From a virus, in the IMG/VR virus record IMGVR_UViG_3300045988_096839: a DNA stretch of 64,000 nt. The stretch is one strand, 5' to 3'. Under the pieces are notes generated by a model. The model did no database searches, was not told the DNA's origin, and saw nothing but the letters and a program-made list of their open reading frames with translations. How positions within the stretch are numbered: the stretch's first letter is position 1; each line of letters begins with the position of its first letter. Below, one piece after another: positions 50,168 to 59,887 of this stretch. Both the position numbers and the translations under genes were made by a program.

Positions 50168-50639
50168 TTTGATTGTTTATATAACACGGACCATCCAATA
50201 ATCTCATCAGATCTACATAACTACTTACTATTTCTTCTATACTGTTATTAAATGATAAAGCATTATAGAATAAACTTAATCTAAATGAGCACATTAAGAT
50301 TCGTTCTTTTTGAAGTTTATCCAAACAAGTATTACAATAAAATTTTAATAATTTATAAATATCTTCATCTAATTTTTTAGAGTTATATGCGAAACGATGA
50401 TTATTATTTTCAGTAAAAATTATAGCACTTACATCTAAATCAGATATATCTATACTATATCCGTATTCTTCCTTCTAAAAGTCTTCGAACGTTATTACTT
50501 TAGTATGATTGGATGCTTCTTCAGAATGTACATTATCGATATTGCATACTTTGTCTAAGAACATTGTCTATGTAATTTCTTCACTAGACGTAATTATAAC
50601 CAACTTTTGATTTTCTATATAAATATATTTAATTTCCAT
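50115..50639 (-). CDS. hypothetical Cys-rich protein (174 aa)
   Basis: This is track ORF 50115..50324 extended through 2 TAG to ATG 50637-50639. CNTC ... CYINNQNVECNTCKNGTC suggests a small zinc-binding element. Confidence 0.5.
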
Positions 50640-50651
50640 AATTAATAAATT

Positions 50652-50688
50652 AAAAAAGGCGAAGCCGAGGATTACCCTCAACCTCGCC
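50652..50688 (-). terminator. strong strand-specific rho-independent terminator
   Basis: The minus-sense RNA is GGCGAGGUUGAGG-(loop)-CCUCGGCUUCGCC followed by UUUUUU. It has a 13-bp stem that needs three G-U pairs, so it forms only in the minus sense. It lies 25 nt after the stop of 50713..51699. Confidence 0.75.
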
Positions 50689-50712
50689 AGAGTTATAAAG
50701 AAACTTTGAAAA

Positions 50713-51699
50713 TTATTCTTCTGCAGTACCTGAAATAAAGCTCTTCAAGTTCTTATAGAATCGTGAACTTGACAAAGAACCTGATTTAACGTATACTTCA
50801 GTAGTAAGAGGAGTAGACTTAACATACTGATTATCACAGCTCAAGTAAGAATTATCATTTTCAATAGTAAGATAATCATATGTAGTACCTTCCTGTACAT
50901 TACGTTTCTGTTCAATTACTGGATAAGCATCAGTAAATACATGACCTTTATAACCCATGCAACGCATTTCACGGTCACGCACTTGCTTCCAATAACCTTT
51001 ACCAGGATTACCATCAGTCTTAGTCATCGTCATACCAGGAACAGTTGCAGGAACGTTAGATAACAATGCACCAGGAATAGTTACATAGATAGAAGCTTCC
51101 ATACATACTACTGTATATTCATTAATAGAATATACTCCTTTGTTATCATCTTTTTCTAAAGCTGTCAAAGTCAATTTGTTACCTGAACTAGTAACAGATA
51201 CACGACGATTCTTATGAGCATTGATCTGTTTAGCAAAAGCATCACACAAATCCTGAGGAGTTTCTGTCTGAGCAATTACTTCATAAGTATGAGTAAACTG
51301 ACCCGGAGCTTCATACAAATCTTTATAAACAATACGTAATACATATCTATGACCAATAACAATTTCTGCACTAGCCATATTGAACTCAATCTTTTCCTAA
51401 ACAGGAGCAGAATAAGCCTGCATTACGCTATTCAAATTTTTACCTTTCTGGATTTCATTAGAAAATTCAATTTCTTTCTTATCTTCCAATGCACCAGTTT
51501 GAGGGTTAACTACTTTCATAGTACCTTTGCAAACACCTACATAAACAGAGTTTGCTGCTACTGATTTTTCACCATCAGTAAGGATATTTTTATTTTCATC
51601 AAACAATGCTACTTCACCTACATTCAAAGCATCTGCTGTAGAATAACTAGCTGGGCAAGCAGCATTTGCGATCATTACACTATCAACTCTTGTAATCAT
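50713..51699 (-). CDS. abundant structural protein (328 aa), role unknown
   Basis: Track ORFs 50713..51378 and 51397..51699 are in one frame, joined by a single TAG. It is visibly less AT-rich than its neighbours. It has a roughly 108-nt upstream gap and its own strong terminator. Confidence 0.6.
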
Positions 51700-51807
51700 T
51701 TTTTAATTTATTAATTTGTTAGACTTCGCGCCAGTCTTCGCTCTATTCTTCTACTTTCCTATTTACTAAGTAAATTAATTTCCACGTCGAATAAGCGCAT
51801 TAATTTA

Positions 51808-52536
51808 TTATTCCATTACTTGTGTTTCCTAAGCAAGTAAATTATAATTCTGTGTTGGTTTATTTGTCGCATATAATCTGACTGCTAATTTAACAATCTC
51901 CATATGCGTATGTGATGGCAATTCTGTATATTCCTAAGATAAATCATCATTAGTAAATATACCTTTTGGTTTACTTAAATATACTAAATTATATTCTGCA
52001 ACTTTATAATTACCATCTGTATATAAAACAATGTTGTTACCTTGAATCAATTTTAAAGGTCTTGCATAACAATGTTTTAATTTGTGTTCAGATAAAGAAT
52101 TAGATAATTGTCTATCTATGGTTTCAATAGTTGATTCTAAAGTATCTACATTTTTCACTATATAATTGTTGTCAGAATCTTTCTTCCAGCAATCATTAAT
52201 GATACCATCTGCAGGACTTATTCCAGCTGTATCTCCAAGTAAGATAGTATAATCTTCTGGAAGTTCTACAGTATATTTAGGATTATTATTAATTATTTCT
52301 GTAGTATACTTTTTATTTCTAATCAAAGTACGTAAATCATCTATTCTTTTCTGTGATTGTTCAAATCCTTCTTGTTTAGTATTTAAACCAGAATATCTTG
52401 TTTTCCAAAAAAGATCAATAGCTTCATTTAATATAGAAAACAACTAATCAGATGTTAACTTATTTTCAGCTACTAATTTAGCGTCATTCAATTGGAGTCT
52501 ACGTTCCAATTCAATCTACATTTCACGTTTCGTCAT
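51808..52536 (-). CDS. head-tail connector-like protein (242 aa)
   Basis: This is track ORF 51934..52443 extended through 4 TAG. It runs from ATG 52534-52536 to TAA 51808-51810. The C-terminus HMEIVKLAVRLYATNK resembles the end of gp6-like connector proteins. This is a weak call. Confidence 0.45.
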
Positions 52537-52537
52537 A

Positions 52538-53245
52538 TCATTCCTCCATTTGAATTAGTTGACTCTTTGTTGAAAATCTTTGTGATTCTATATTTTCTAA
52601 AGCTAATTGTACTGCTCTATTAACAACTTCGTACCATGTTTGATCCGGTAATTCACTCAAACCTAAATCAGATGGTAAATTGTTAATTAAACACGGATGT
52701 TTGATGTATGTCAAATCTAATCGATATTCATCCGCATTCATTGATATCGGATCATAATATATTTTTAAAGTATTATTTTCAATAACACCAACTGGATTAT
52801 CTATCCAAGGTATATTATTATTAGTCTTTATAAAATTCTTTATCTGTGTATGATCCAATAATTTTACAGTAGCACAATTATCTTTTCCATCTTTAATCCA
52901 GTGAAATACAGAAGATACATAAAACATTCTTCCTCTATTATTAGTCTATCTGTTTAGAAGATTTACTAACGATGCGCAATTTGTATTTTCACTAGCATTT
53001 AGTTTTAAAGACTCATCTGTTCTAATAAGTCTATCAAAATCAGAGATACGTTTTACATCACCTTCAAATTTTACTTCGTTTTCAGTACCACCTGTAAACT
53101 TTGTCATAAGTAATGCATAGTATCCTTTATTTATCCAATAATCTATTTCAGCGTCAATAAATGCAGGTACACCACCGTATGCTACACTATTAGAGTTTTT
53201 GTCTAATTCTACTTTAAAGGCTATATGTAATTCGTCTCTATTCAT
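52538..53245 (-). CDS. head-tail adaptor-like protein (235 aa)
   Basis: Track ORFs 52538..52927 and 52946..53245 are in one frame, joined by one TAG. Ends in TGA. WYEVVNRAVQLALENIE is adaptor-like. This is a weak call. Confidence 0.45.
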
Positions 53246-53247
53246 TA

Positions 53248-54000
53248 TTACTTAGATTTAATTTCTTTAAGTATTGCTAAATAAATATCTTGGTTCTTCT
53301 TATCTTTAAGATAAGCAATAACGTCATCAACACCATTACCGATAACATCTGTACCAAAATAATAAGTAGCTCTATTCTTTCTAATAATATTTTTACTCAA
53401 AGCTTCTTCAATTACAAAACTATATTCTTTATCAGGATTTTCAATCCAAATACTGATAAATTTGGCAGGATTCTTTTCTACGTTTTCTGTAAGTTTAGCT
53501 TCTACTACTTCATTAGACAAAGTATCAGATTTAACACCGAACAGACGTAAACACTTACGCATATCATCCAATGTCATCTTATCCAAAGCACGATAAGCTT
53601 CACGTTTAGTTTTATTATATTTATTCTGTTCTGTAGCTTCAAGATCTTTATCTACGATTACATAATCTGTTTTAGGACTAATCTTACTTACTCCATCTGC
53701 AACGTGTTTATGATTCTTTAGAAACAAATATTGTAATTCACCTTCAGGAGTATCGGTGTTTATAATAAGTTCTTTTCTACCAATTTTAACAGCAAAAGTA
53801 TCCCAGAAAGAACTATCTGGATCTAAATGACCCAACGGTAATCTCATTTTTTCTTCTAATTCTCTTGCTTTCTACGTAGTTAAACCTGTATATCTACTAC
53901 CTGATCTAGTCCAATATGAACTAATAAAATCGAAACATTTATCCCATTTAATCAATCCTGTCCAAGGATTTGTTTTTGTCATTCTAACGATTACTTCCAT
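53248..54000 (-). CDS. hypothetical capsid-module protein (250 aa)
   Basis: This is track ORF 53248..53847 extended through one TAG (53872) to ATG 53998-54000. Ends in TAA. Confidence 0.5.
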
Positions 54001-54025
54001 AATTATATTTAATTAGATTATCTAG

Positions 54026-55108
54026 TTAGTTATTAATAATTTCTTTTACCCCGTAACCAGTAGGCATTTCTCCGCCTAAGTATTTTTTAATGGTTCTGAA
54101 GTCAGATCTTAAATATTTTTCTAAAGCCCTAATACCTTCTATTCTGATAGGAGTATCAGAAAGTGTAGTATTGTGAACTTCAAATATTCTGATTCTTTTT
54201 GTTGCAATAATATCTCTTAATTCTTCATAGTCTATTACTTTTCTATCTTCTTCTTTACCGTACTTCCAATTAAATCTTCTACGGATTGCCGGAACTTTAT
54301 TTATATACTCTGGGTCATTAATATATTTTCGTATAGTACAACCAGAAATACCTGATGCCTTGGATGCGTCTGAAATACTACCATATTTTGCAATTAAATT
54401 ACCTTTTAAATCATATTGTTCTACGGGAGTAGATAAACCATTCATGTCACCATTTTCGACTATTCTTAAAGCTCGTTTGCGTTTGAATTCTTCAGATTGT
54501 TTGGGAACATAATTTAAATTCATGTAATAGTCTTTTATATTTATTTGCAATTTGATATCTTCTCTGTTATCTGGAGATAATATCCAAACATAAGGATTCT
54601 TTTTAGATGGTTTCATCGCTTGTTTACGAAGTATTCTGTAAATAGACGTTTTAGATATGCCAGTATCTTCGGATGCTGCTTCTATACTAGGATATTCTTT
54701 AACAAATATACCATTTATGTCATATTGAAGTATAGGCTTTCTGTTTTCTGAAATTTTTCCTCTATGAAGAATACCTATTTTTTCTTTAGTTTCATCTGAT
54801 TGAAATCTAACTCCTCCGCCTAGCTTGTTGTTATATCCTATTTCAGGATTGGTTGCACCAAGTAAAACTATCCAATAATTCTCACGCTCGTTCATATGAG
54901 CTAAATCTTTGCATAGTTCAATAGTTTCTATTTTAAAATTATTTTCGCCATACTCTCGTATCGCATTGCAGATAGCCGTTGTGCCACCACCATTTGCTTT
55001 AATTACGTGTCTTCTAAATCTGTATGACGCGCCTTCAGTAGTGGCACCAACGTATATCTTGTTATTAACCAAATTGGTCAATTTATAAATTTCGTAGATC
55101 TTTTCCAT
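54026..55108 (-). CDS. GIY-YIG homing endonuclease, free-standing
   Basis: The N-terminal IYKLTNLVNNKIYVGAT...RFRRH...ENNF...E is the GIY-(x10)-YIG / R / E catalytic pattern. Two HTH-like repeats follow (ISKTSIYRIL and ISGCTIRKYI). 360 codons with no TAG. It sits between the putative major capsid gene and the next capsid-module gene. Confidence 0.8.
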   Translation of the reverse strand: MEKIYEIYKLTNLVNNKIYVGATTEGASYRFRRHVIKANGGGTTAICNAIREYGENNFKIETIELCKDLAHMNERENYWIVLLGATNPEIGYNNKLGGGVRFQSDETKEKIGILHRGKISENRKPILQYDINGIFVKEYPSIEAASEDTGISKTSIYRILRKQAMKPSKKNPYVWILSPDNREDIKLQINIKDYYMNLNYVPKQSEEFKRKRALRIVENGDMNGLSTPVEQYDLKGNLIAKYGSISDASKASGISGCTIRKYINDPEYINKVPAIRRRFNWKYGKEEDRKVIDYEELRDIIATKRIRIFEVHNTTLSDTPIRIEGIRALEKYLRSDFRTIKKYLGGEMPTGYGVKEIINN

Positions 55109-55179
55109 AATTAATATTTTAGTTATACTTTATATAACGTCAAAATATTAATTATGTTGATATTTTACCTAGAAAAAAT

Positions 55180-56646
55180 TTACTCGCTTAGCATGATAAG
55201 TTCTCCGCAAGCTCTAGGATCTCTAAGCATTATACCCATTTCACCTAAGAAATGAACAGAATAGCCATCCTTAGCGTTACTACGAACTTCAGTATTAGAA
55301 TGAGCGTAACCTGCAGGAGTTACAGAACCAGCCGTACACCAGTTAACGAATTCACGGTCTTTACGAACAACCTTAACAATGTTAGCTTCACCATCACGAC
55401 GACCAAGGTCAAGGAATGTCATACGATATGATTCCAATGGTTTCAAAGTAATCGGATGCAACTGACGGTTGTAAGTAGTATTGTCATACAACGGGAAATA
55501 CTTCAAAGTAAGTTCAATACCGTTAGACATCTTATAAGTCTTGAACTGACCACCAAATGTCAAATTGTCACCAGAACCAGTTACGAATACAGTATCGATA
55601 AGATTCATGTTAGCCATCTTTTCTTTCAATACTCTATCGAACTCACGCATACCCATTTCACCAGTCAATGCAACAAACTTACGTTCGTTAGTACCAAGTA
55701 CATTGTATGACAAGTCTGACAAGAAGTCTTCGAGCAATTCAGCAGTCAAACGAGTATAGAAACGTCTGTTAGACGGAGCAATCTGTTCAAGTAAACCAGC
55801 ACCGATGAATACCGGACGACCGTTAGCACCTTTCAGATTACAAGAACCATCACGGTTAACATTACTTACATTGTAAACTAAAGCACGTTCAATACGCTTA
55901 TACCATTCACGCATAGCAACCCATTCCTGGAAAGTAGACCACAAATAAGAAGTCTTACCTGATTTAGGATCTTTCAAAGCAACTGCCATTACAGTAGAAT
56001 AAGCTGAACCAGTAATATCATAAGAAAGACGTACTGTCGTAAGATAGTTACGCATCTTGAAATGAGTATTATAGTTCAGGATATCAGCCTGTTCACTATA
56101 TTCTTCATATGCAGAAGCAAGACGAGATACCTGACAACCTGGTTTTAAAACAGACGGATCGATATAAGATGCAGGATTACCATTAGAAACAAATACGGTA
56201 TAAACATACAAGCTACCATCCTGATACGGAGCATCTGATACACGTACCTGGCTCTTGTCATCAAGTTCCAAAGTAGCACCTGGACCAAACCAGTTATCTT
56301 CCAACCACAACTGAATCGGAGTGTTGTTCAAACCAGCAGTAGTAGTATCTGAAATAGTTGCGCCATTCCATTTTGCATCACGGATTGTAACTGCACGATC
56401 TTGATCAATCATTACACCCCATTCGAAAGAAGGCTGATCGATAACCATTACGTTACCAAGACCACCAGTAAGCATATCCAAAGATGTTGTGTAACCATTA
56501 TCTTTTGTACCAAATACGTATGATAAAATAGTTGATACTTCATACGGTCTCTACTGTGAAGCGATTGAAATCTTATTAGTATCAATCAAATCACTAAACC
56601 ATTTTCCTTTATATAAAACTAATGAATTTAAGATATTGTTATCCAT
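55180..56646 (-). CDS. putative major capsid protein (488 aa)
   Basis: This is track ORF 55180..56481 extended through its single TAG (56551) to ATG 56644-56646. It lies directly downstream of the acidic scaffold-like gene in the TerL-portal module. It is less AT-rich and almost TAG-free, as expected for a very abundant protein. The assignment rests on position and size only. Confidence 0.55.
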
Positions 56647-56691
56647 AATATTTTATTAATATTTCAATATTGAATTTTTAATTATTTTAAA

Positions 56692-57852
56692 TTAAGATAT
56701 ACGCAATCTTCTTGTAAAACTATCCCATATAGTATCACTATTTGAATCTCTTCCGGAGGTGTTTCTAGATTTTGAATTAACCGTAGTATTTTTTAAGCTA
56801 TCTTTAAACTTATTAATTGCGGTATTATTTCCTTCTCTTTTGGCAGCATTTATTAACTTATCAGCATTCATTGTGAAATATGCAGATTCAATTAAATTCT
56901 TTACACCACCTTTAGCATAATCCTTCTGATATTTTGTTTTACCATCAGAATCAGGTTTAAGGATATAATCCATCAAAACCTTTTTATCCTTTTCTGGGAT
57001 TGCGATTCCGCGTATATTTTTTAAGTTCTTTATTTCCGTGACAACGTTATCACAGAAATCCTGTTGTCTTTGACGATACTGCTCATAAGCTCTTTTCTGT
57101 TCTGCCAATAGCTGTTCTTTCTTCTGTTCTTTAATCTCTTTTAAATCTTCTATGGCATCTTGGGCTTCATCTTCGAGAAGTCCGGCGTCGATATACTTAG
57201 ATATCTTCTTGTCGATCTGTTTTTCATTAAAACCTTTTTCTCTAAGTAGTGACTTAACTACAAGCTTCTGATTAGTTTCATCGTCTAAATCTATTTCATC
57301 TAAATCTAATTCTGCATCAATCTGTAAATATTTAGCTAAATCTCCACCCTGTTTAACATAATTATCAAGAGCTTCAATTTCTTCACTAGCGTACTGAGGT
57401 TTACTGTCTTCTTCAATTACTTTACTAAAATAATTAATCAGATCTTCTACATTCTTTGGCTTTTCTTCATCAGTTACATCTGCCCATTCTAACTTTTCAG
57501 CAATAGCATCAAAGAAATTAGTCACCATCTCTGTTTCATTATCATCAAGATTGATTTGATTTTTAGGTTCATCACCATTTTCATCTGGTTCATCTTTCTT
57601 CGGATCAACAACGTTATCATTGTCATCGTTATCCTTATCAGGATCTTGTTCTTCAGAAGTTGTTTTGATTTTCCCTTCTTTCTTCATCTTAGCGACAATA
57701 GGATCTTCTACTTTCTTGTTTTCGTCATCATCGTCGTCATCATTAACTTTATTTTCAAAGTTCTCTAACTCAAGTTCTTGTTCTGTTTTAGGGATAAAGC
57801 TGTCAATAATTGTTTCAAATCCACCTAAAACATTTGTTTCTTTCTTTTCCAT
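56692..57852 (-). CDS. acidic coiled-coil protein, scaffold-like (386 aa)
   Basis: Track ORF trimmed to ATG 57850-57852. It has poly-Asp/Glu runs (DDDDDDE, DKDNDDNDN) and a Gln/Lys/Glu-rich coiled coil. No TAG despite about 17 canonical Gln codons. Confidence 0.5.
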   Translation of the reverse strand: MEKKETNVLGGFETIIDSFIPKTEQELELENFENKVNDDDDDDENKKVEDPIVAKMKKEGKIKTTSEEQDPDKDNDDNDNVVDPKKDEPDENGDEPKNQINLDDNETEMVTNFFDAIAEKLEWADVTDEEKPKNVEDLINYFSKVIEEDSKPQYASEEIEALDNYVKQGGDLAKYLQIDAELDLDEIDLDDETNQKLVVKSLLREKGFNEKQIDKKISKYIDAGLLEDEAQDAIEDLKEIKEQKKEQLLAEQKRAYEQYRQRQQDFCDNVVTEIKNLKNIRGIAIPEKDKKVLMDYILKPDSDGKTKYQKDYAKGGVKNLIESAYFTMNADKLINAAKREGNNTAINKFKDSLKNTTVNSKSRNTSGRDSNSDTIWDSFTRRLRIS

Positions 57853-57862
57853 AATTAATATA

Positions 57863-59296
57863 TTAATTAGATTCGTTATTATTTCCAAAATACATTGCAG
57901 CTCCTGGTATACTCAACAAAGGTATCTTATTGAACCATTTAGTGTATTCTCCAGGACTATTAAATTGTAAGTATGCTGCTCGAACAGCGTTCATTTCTGA
58001 TGGTAAAGAGTTTATTGCTCTTTTAATAGTTTTAGTTGTTACTTTCTATCCTGGTCTACCCATTAATCCTATTGACTACATATAACTACGTAATGTATTC
58101 ATATAAGATTTCTATTCAGTTCCTTGTCTGAAATAATCTGTTTTATCAGGATACAAAGGATTACTATCTGTAGATAAATCTCTACGTAATGCACTAAACA
58201 TATTATTGTTATAATCGGCATTAGCGTTTTGAGACAGATTAAAATCTACATAATGACCTAACTCATGCTGTGCAGTAGGTCTATCAATTCTATCCAAATG
58301 AGGAGATATATTATATTCAAAATCAGTATATCCTGCAGGTATCTTATTCATTCGAAATCTTTCCATAGCATCTTTTCTAGCTGCCATTTCAGCTTTAGCA
58401 TCACCAAAGAACTATTTAGCTTTCGGTTCAGGTAAACCTGTATATTTATTTTCATAAGTATCTAGAACGCCTTTATATACCTTAGTATAATCGTCTCCGT
58501 ATTGTTCATTTATTGCTCTAGCACGATCCCAATAATCATAATCAGTGTATAAATCTTCTATAACTCTATTTCTCTGATTTATTGCATCAGTATAAACATC
58601 TCTGCTTAATCCATTTGGTCTTACTTCTCTTCCTAATACTTTATTTATTTTATCACTAAAATATTTAGGATTAACAGAAGGTATTTCTCTAACAATCTTT
58701 TTCAACGGTTTTGATATTGCACCAGGTAACAATGCTGCTGCACCAATTAAACCAGCTGTAATATAATCTCCTTGACTAGCACTCTGATATACATCATTTG
58801 CTGTTATAGCATTTCCAACAGGAGTAAGATCAGCAGCATCTTGAATAGATACTACTGGTTTTAAGAATCCTGCTCCAGGATTATATCCGTAATTCCATTT
58901 TCCGTTTGAATATGTTACTGGTATCTCTGATGTATTTGATTGAACACCGTCTGTACCGTTTGCATATCCACTTATATCACCTGTAGGACTGTATGTTTTC
59001 GTATAAGTTATCCCATTCTTTTCATATGGAAAATATCCTGCAGCTACATCATTCTATATAGCTTTGTCATAAGTAGGATGAGATTTCGGTTTTAGAATTT
59101 CACCTGTATATGGGTTTCTGCTACCTAAATGATAATATCCATCTTCATTCAATTCCGGTTTCAATCCTCCAGTATAAGCTCCAAAATTATTGTATTGCCA
59201 ATCTGGAGTATGGGCTAAATTATCTGGAAGAGAATTCTTCCATTCCCAGTAACTCAGCTAGGGATTGGATTCCCTAGCTTGTTTGAACTGGTCCAT
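57863..59296 (-). CDS. late protein with a HELGH zincin motif (477 aa)
   Basis: Track ORFs 58112.. and 58412.. are in one frame. The gaps were hand-checked, giving 6 TAG and no TAA/TGA. It runs from ATG 59294-59296 to TAA 57863-57865. The motif context is PTAQHELGHYVDF. Confidence 0.6.
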
Positions 59297-59309
59297 TCTC
59301 TATCTAAAT

Positions 59310-59495
59310 TCACTTCTTTCCATAACCACCATTTAATAATCTATCTGCTAAAATATTTGCGACAATGTTCATAGTAAAATCATTAGCGTTTTCTTCTGGT
59401 GAATTTAAACGTCTTGATATTTGAGTAAGAATTATATATATTTGTTCTAATAATTCTCTATCACTTAATTGGCTTAGGTTTACCATAACTTCCAA
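59310..59495 (-). CDS. hypothetical protein (61 aa)
   Basis: Intact track ORF. Ends in TGA. Overlaps the end of 59461..59811 in another frame. Confidence 0.4.
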   Translation of the reverse strand: MEVMVNLSQLSDRELLEQIYIILTQISRRLNSPEENANDFTMNIVANILADRLLNGGYGKK

Positions 59496-59811
59496 TCTTT
59501 ATATATTTTAGCCATGAATAATGCTTTCGTTCTTTGATATAGTTTAGATTGTCATCATTATCGTAAGCTTCACGTTCAAATGATATATTACGATAAGCAT
59601 TACCTTTCATAAATAATCTTATGACCCATTCTATTATATACCATATATAAAATAATATATAAAGCATTTCTTTCATCTATGCGGTATGAATAGATTCATG
59701 ATTAATTGTTTTATCATCTATTTTACTACCTTTTCTAGCAAACAATACACCAAATAGATTTATTGCTTTAAAACCTGGGAATGGTATTATACTGTTAAAT
59801 ATTACTTTCAT
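59461..59811 (-). CDS. small membrane-associated zincin (HExxHxxQ type, DUF4157-like), 116 aa
   Basis: Track ORFs 59461..59676 and 59677..59898 are in one frame, joined by one TAG. Start taken at ATG 59809-59811, which is 8 nt after AAGGAGGT. The motif is INHESIHTA-TAG-MKE, followed by a hydrophobic helix and FEREAY. Confidence 0.6.
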
Positions 59812-59812
59812 A

Positions 59813-59872
59813 TTATTTACCTCCTTTACCTTTTCCGCCTTTTCCTTTTTTAGAACCACCTTTACATGCCAT
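59813..59872 (-). CDS. tiny Lys/Gly-rich ORF (19 aa) with its own Shine-Dalgarno
   Basis: ATG GCA TGT AAA GGT GGT TCT AAA AAA GGA AAA GGC GGA AAA GGT AAA GGA GGT AAA TAA encodes MACKGGSKKGKGGKGKGGK. AAAGGAGGTG lies about 7 nt upstream, overlapping the portal stop. Confidence 0.3.
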   Translation of the reverse strand: MACKGGSKKGKGGKGKGGK

Positions 59873-59887
59873 ATTATTACACCTCCT

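Noticed and set aside
54001-55179. A group I intron carrying the GIY-YIG gene, and likewise one carrying the HNH gene at 36225-37016.
   Set aside because: The non-coding flanks are only 25 and 71 nt for GIY-YIG, and about 55 nt on each side for HNH. That is too short for a ribozyme core. The neighbouring genes are complete without splicing. A free-standing endonuclease is the simpler reading. The HNH case is kept as a low-interest finding.
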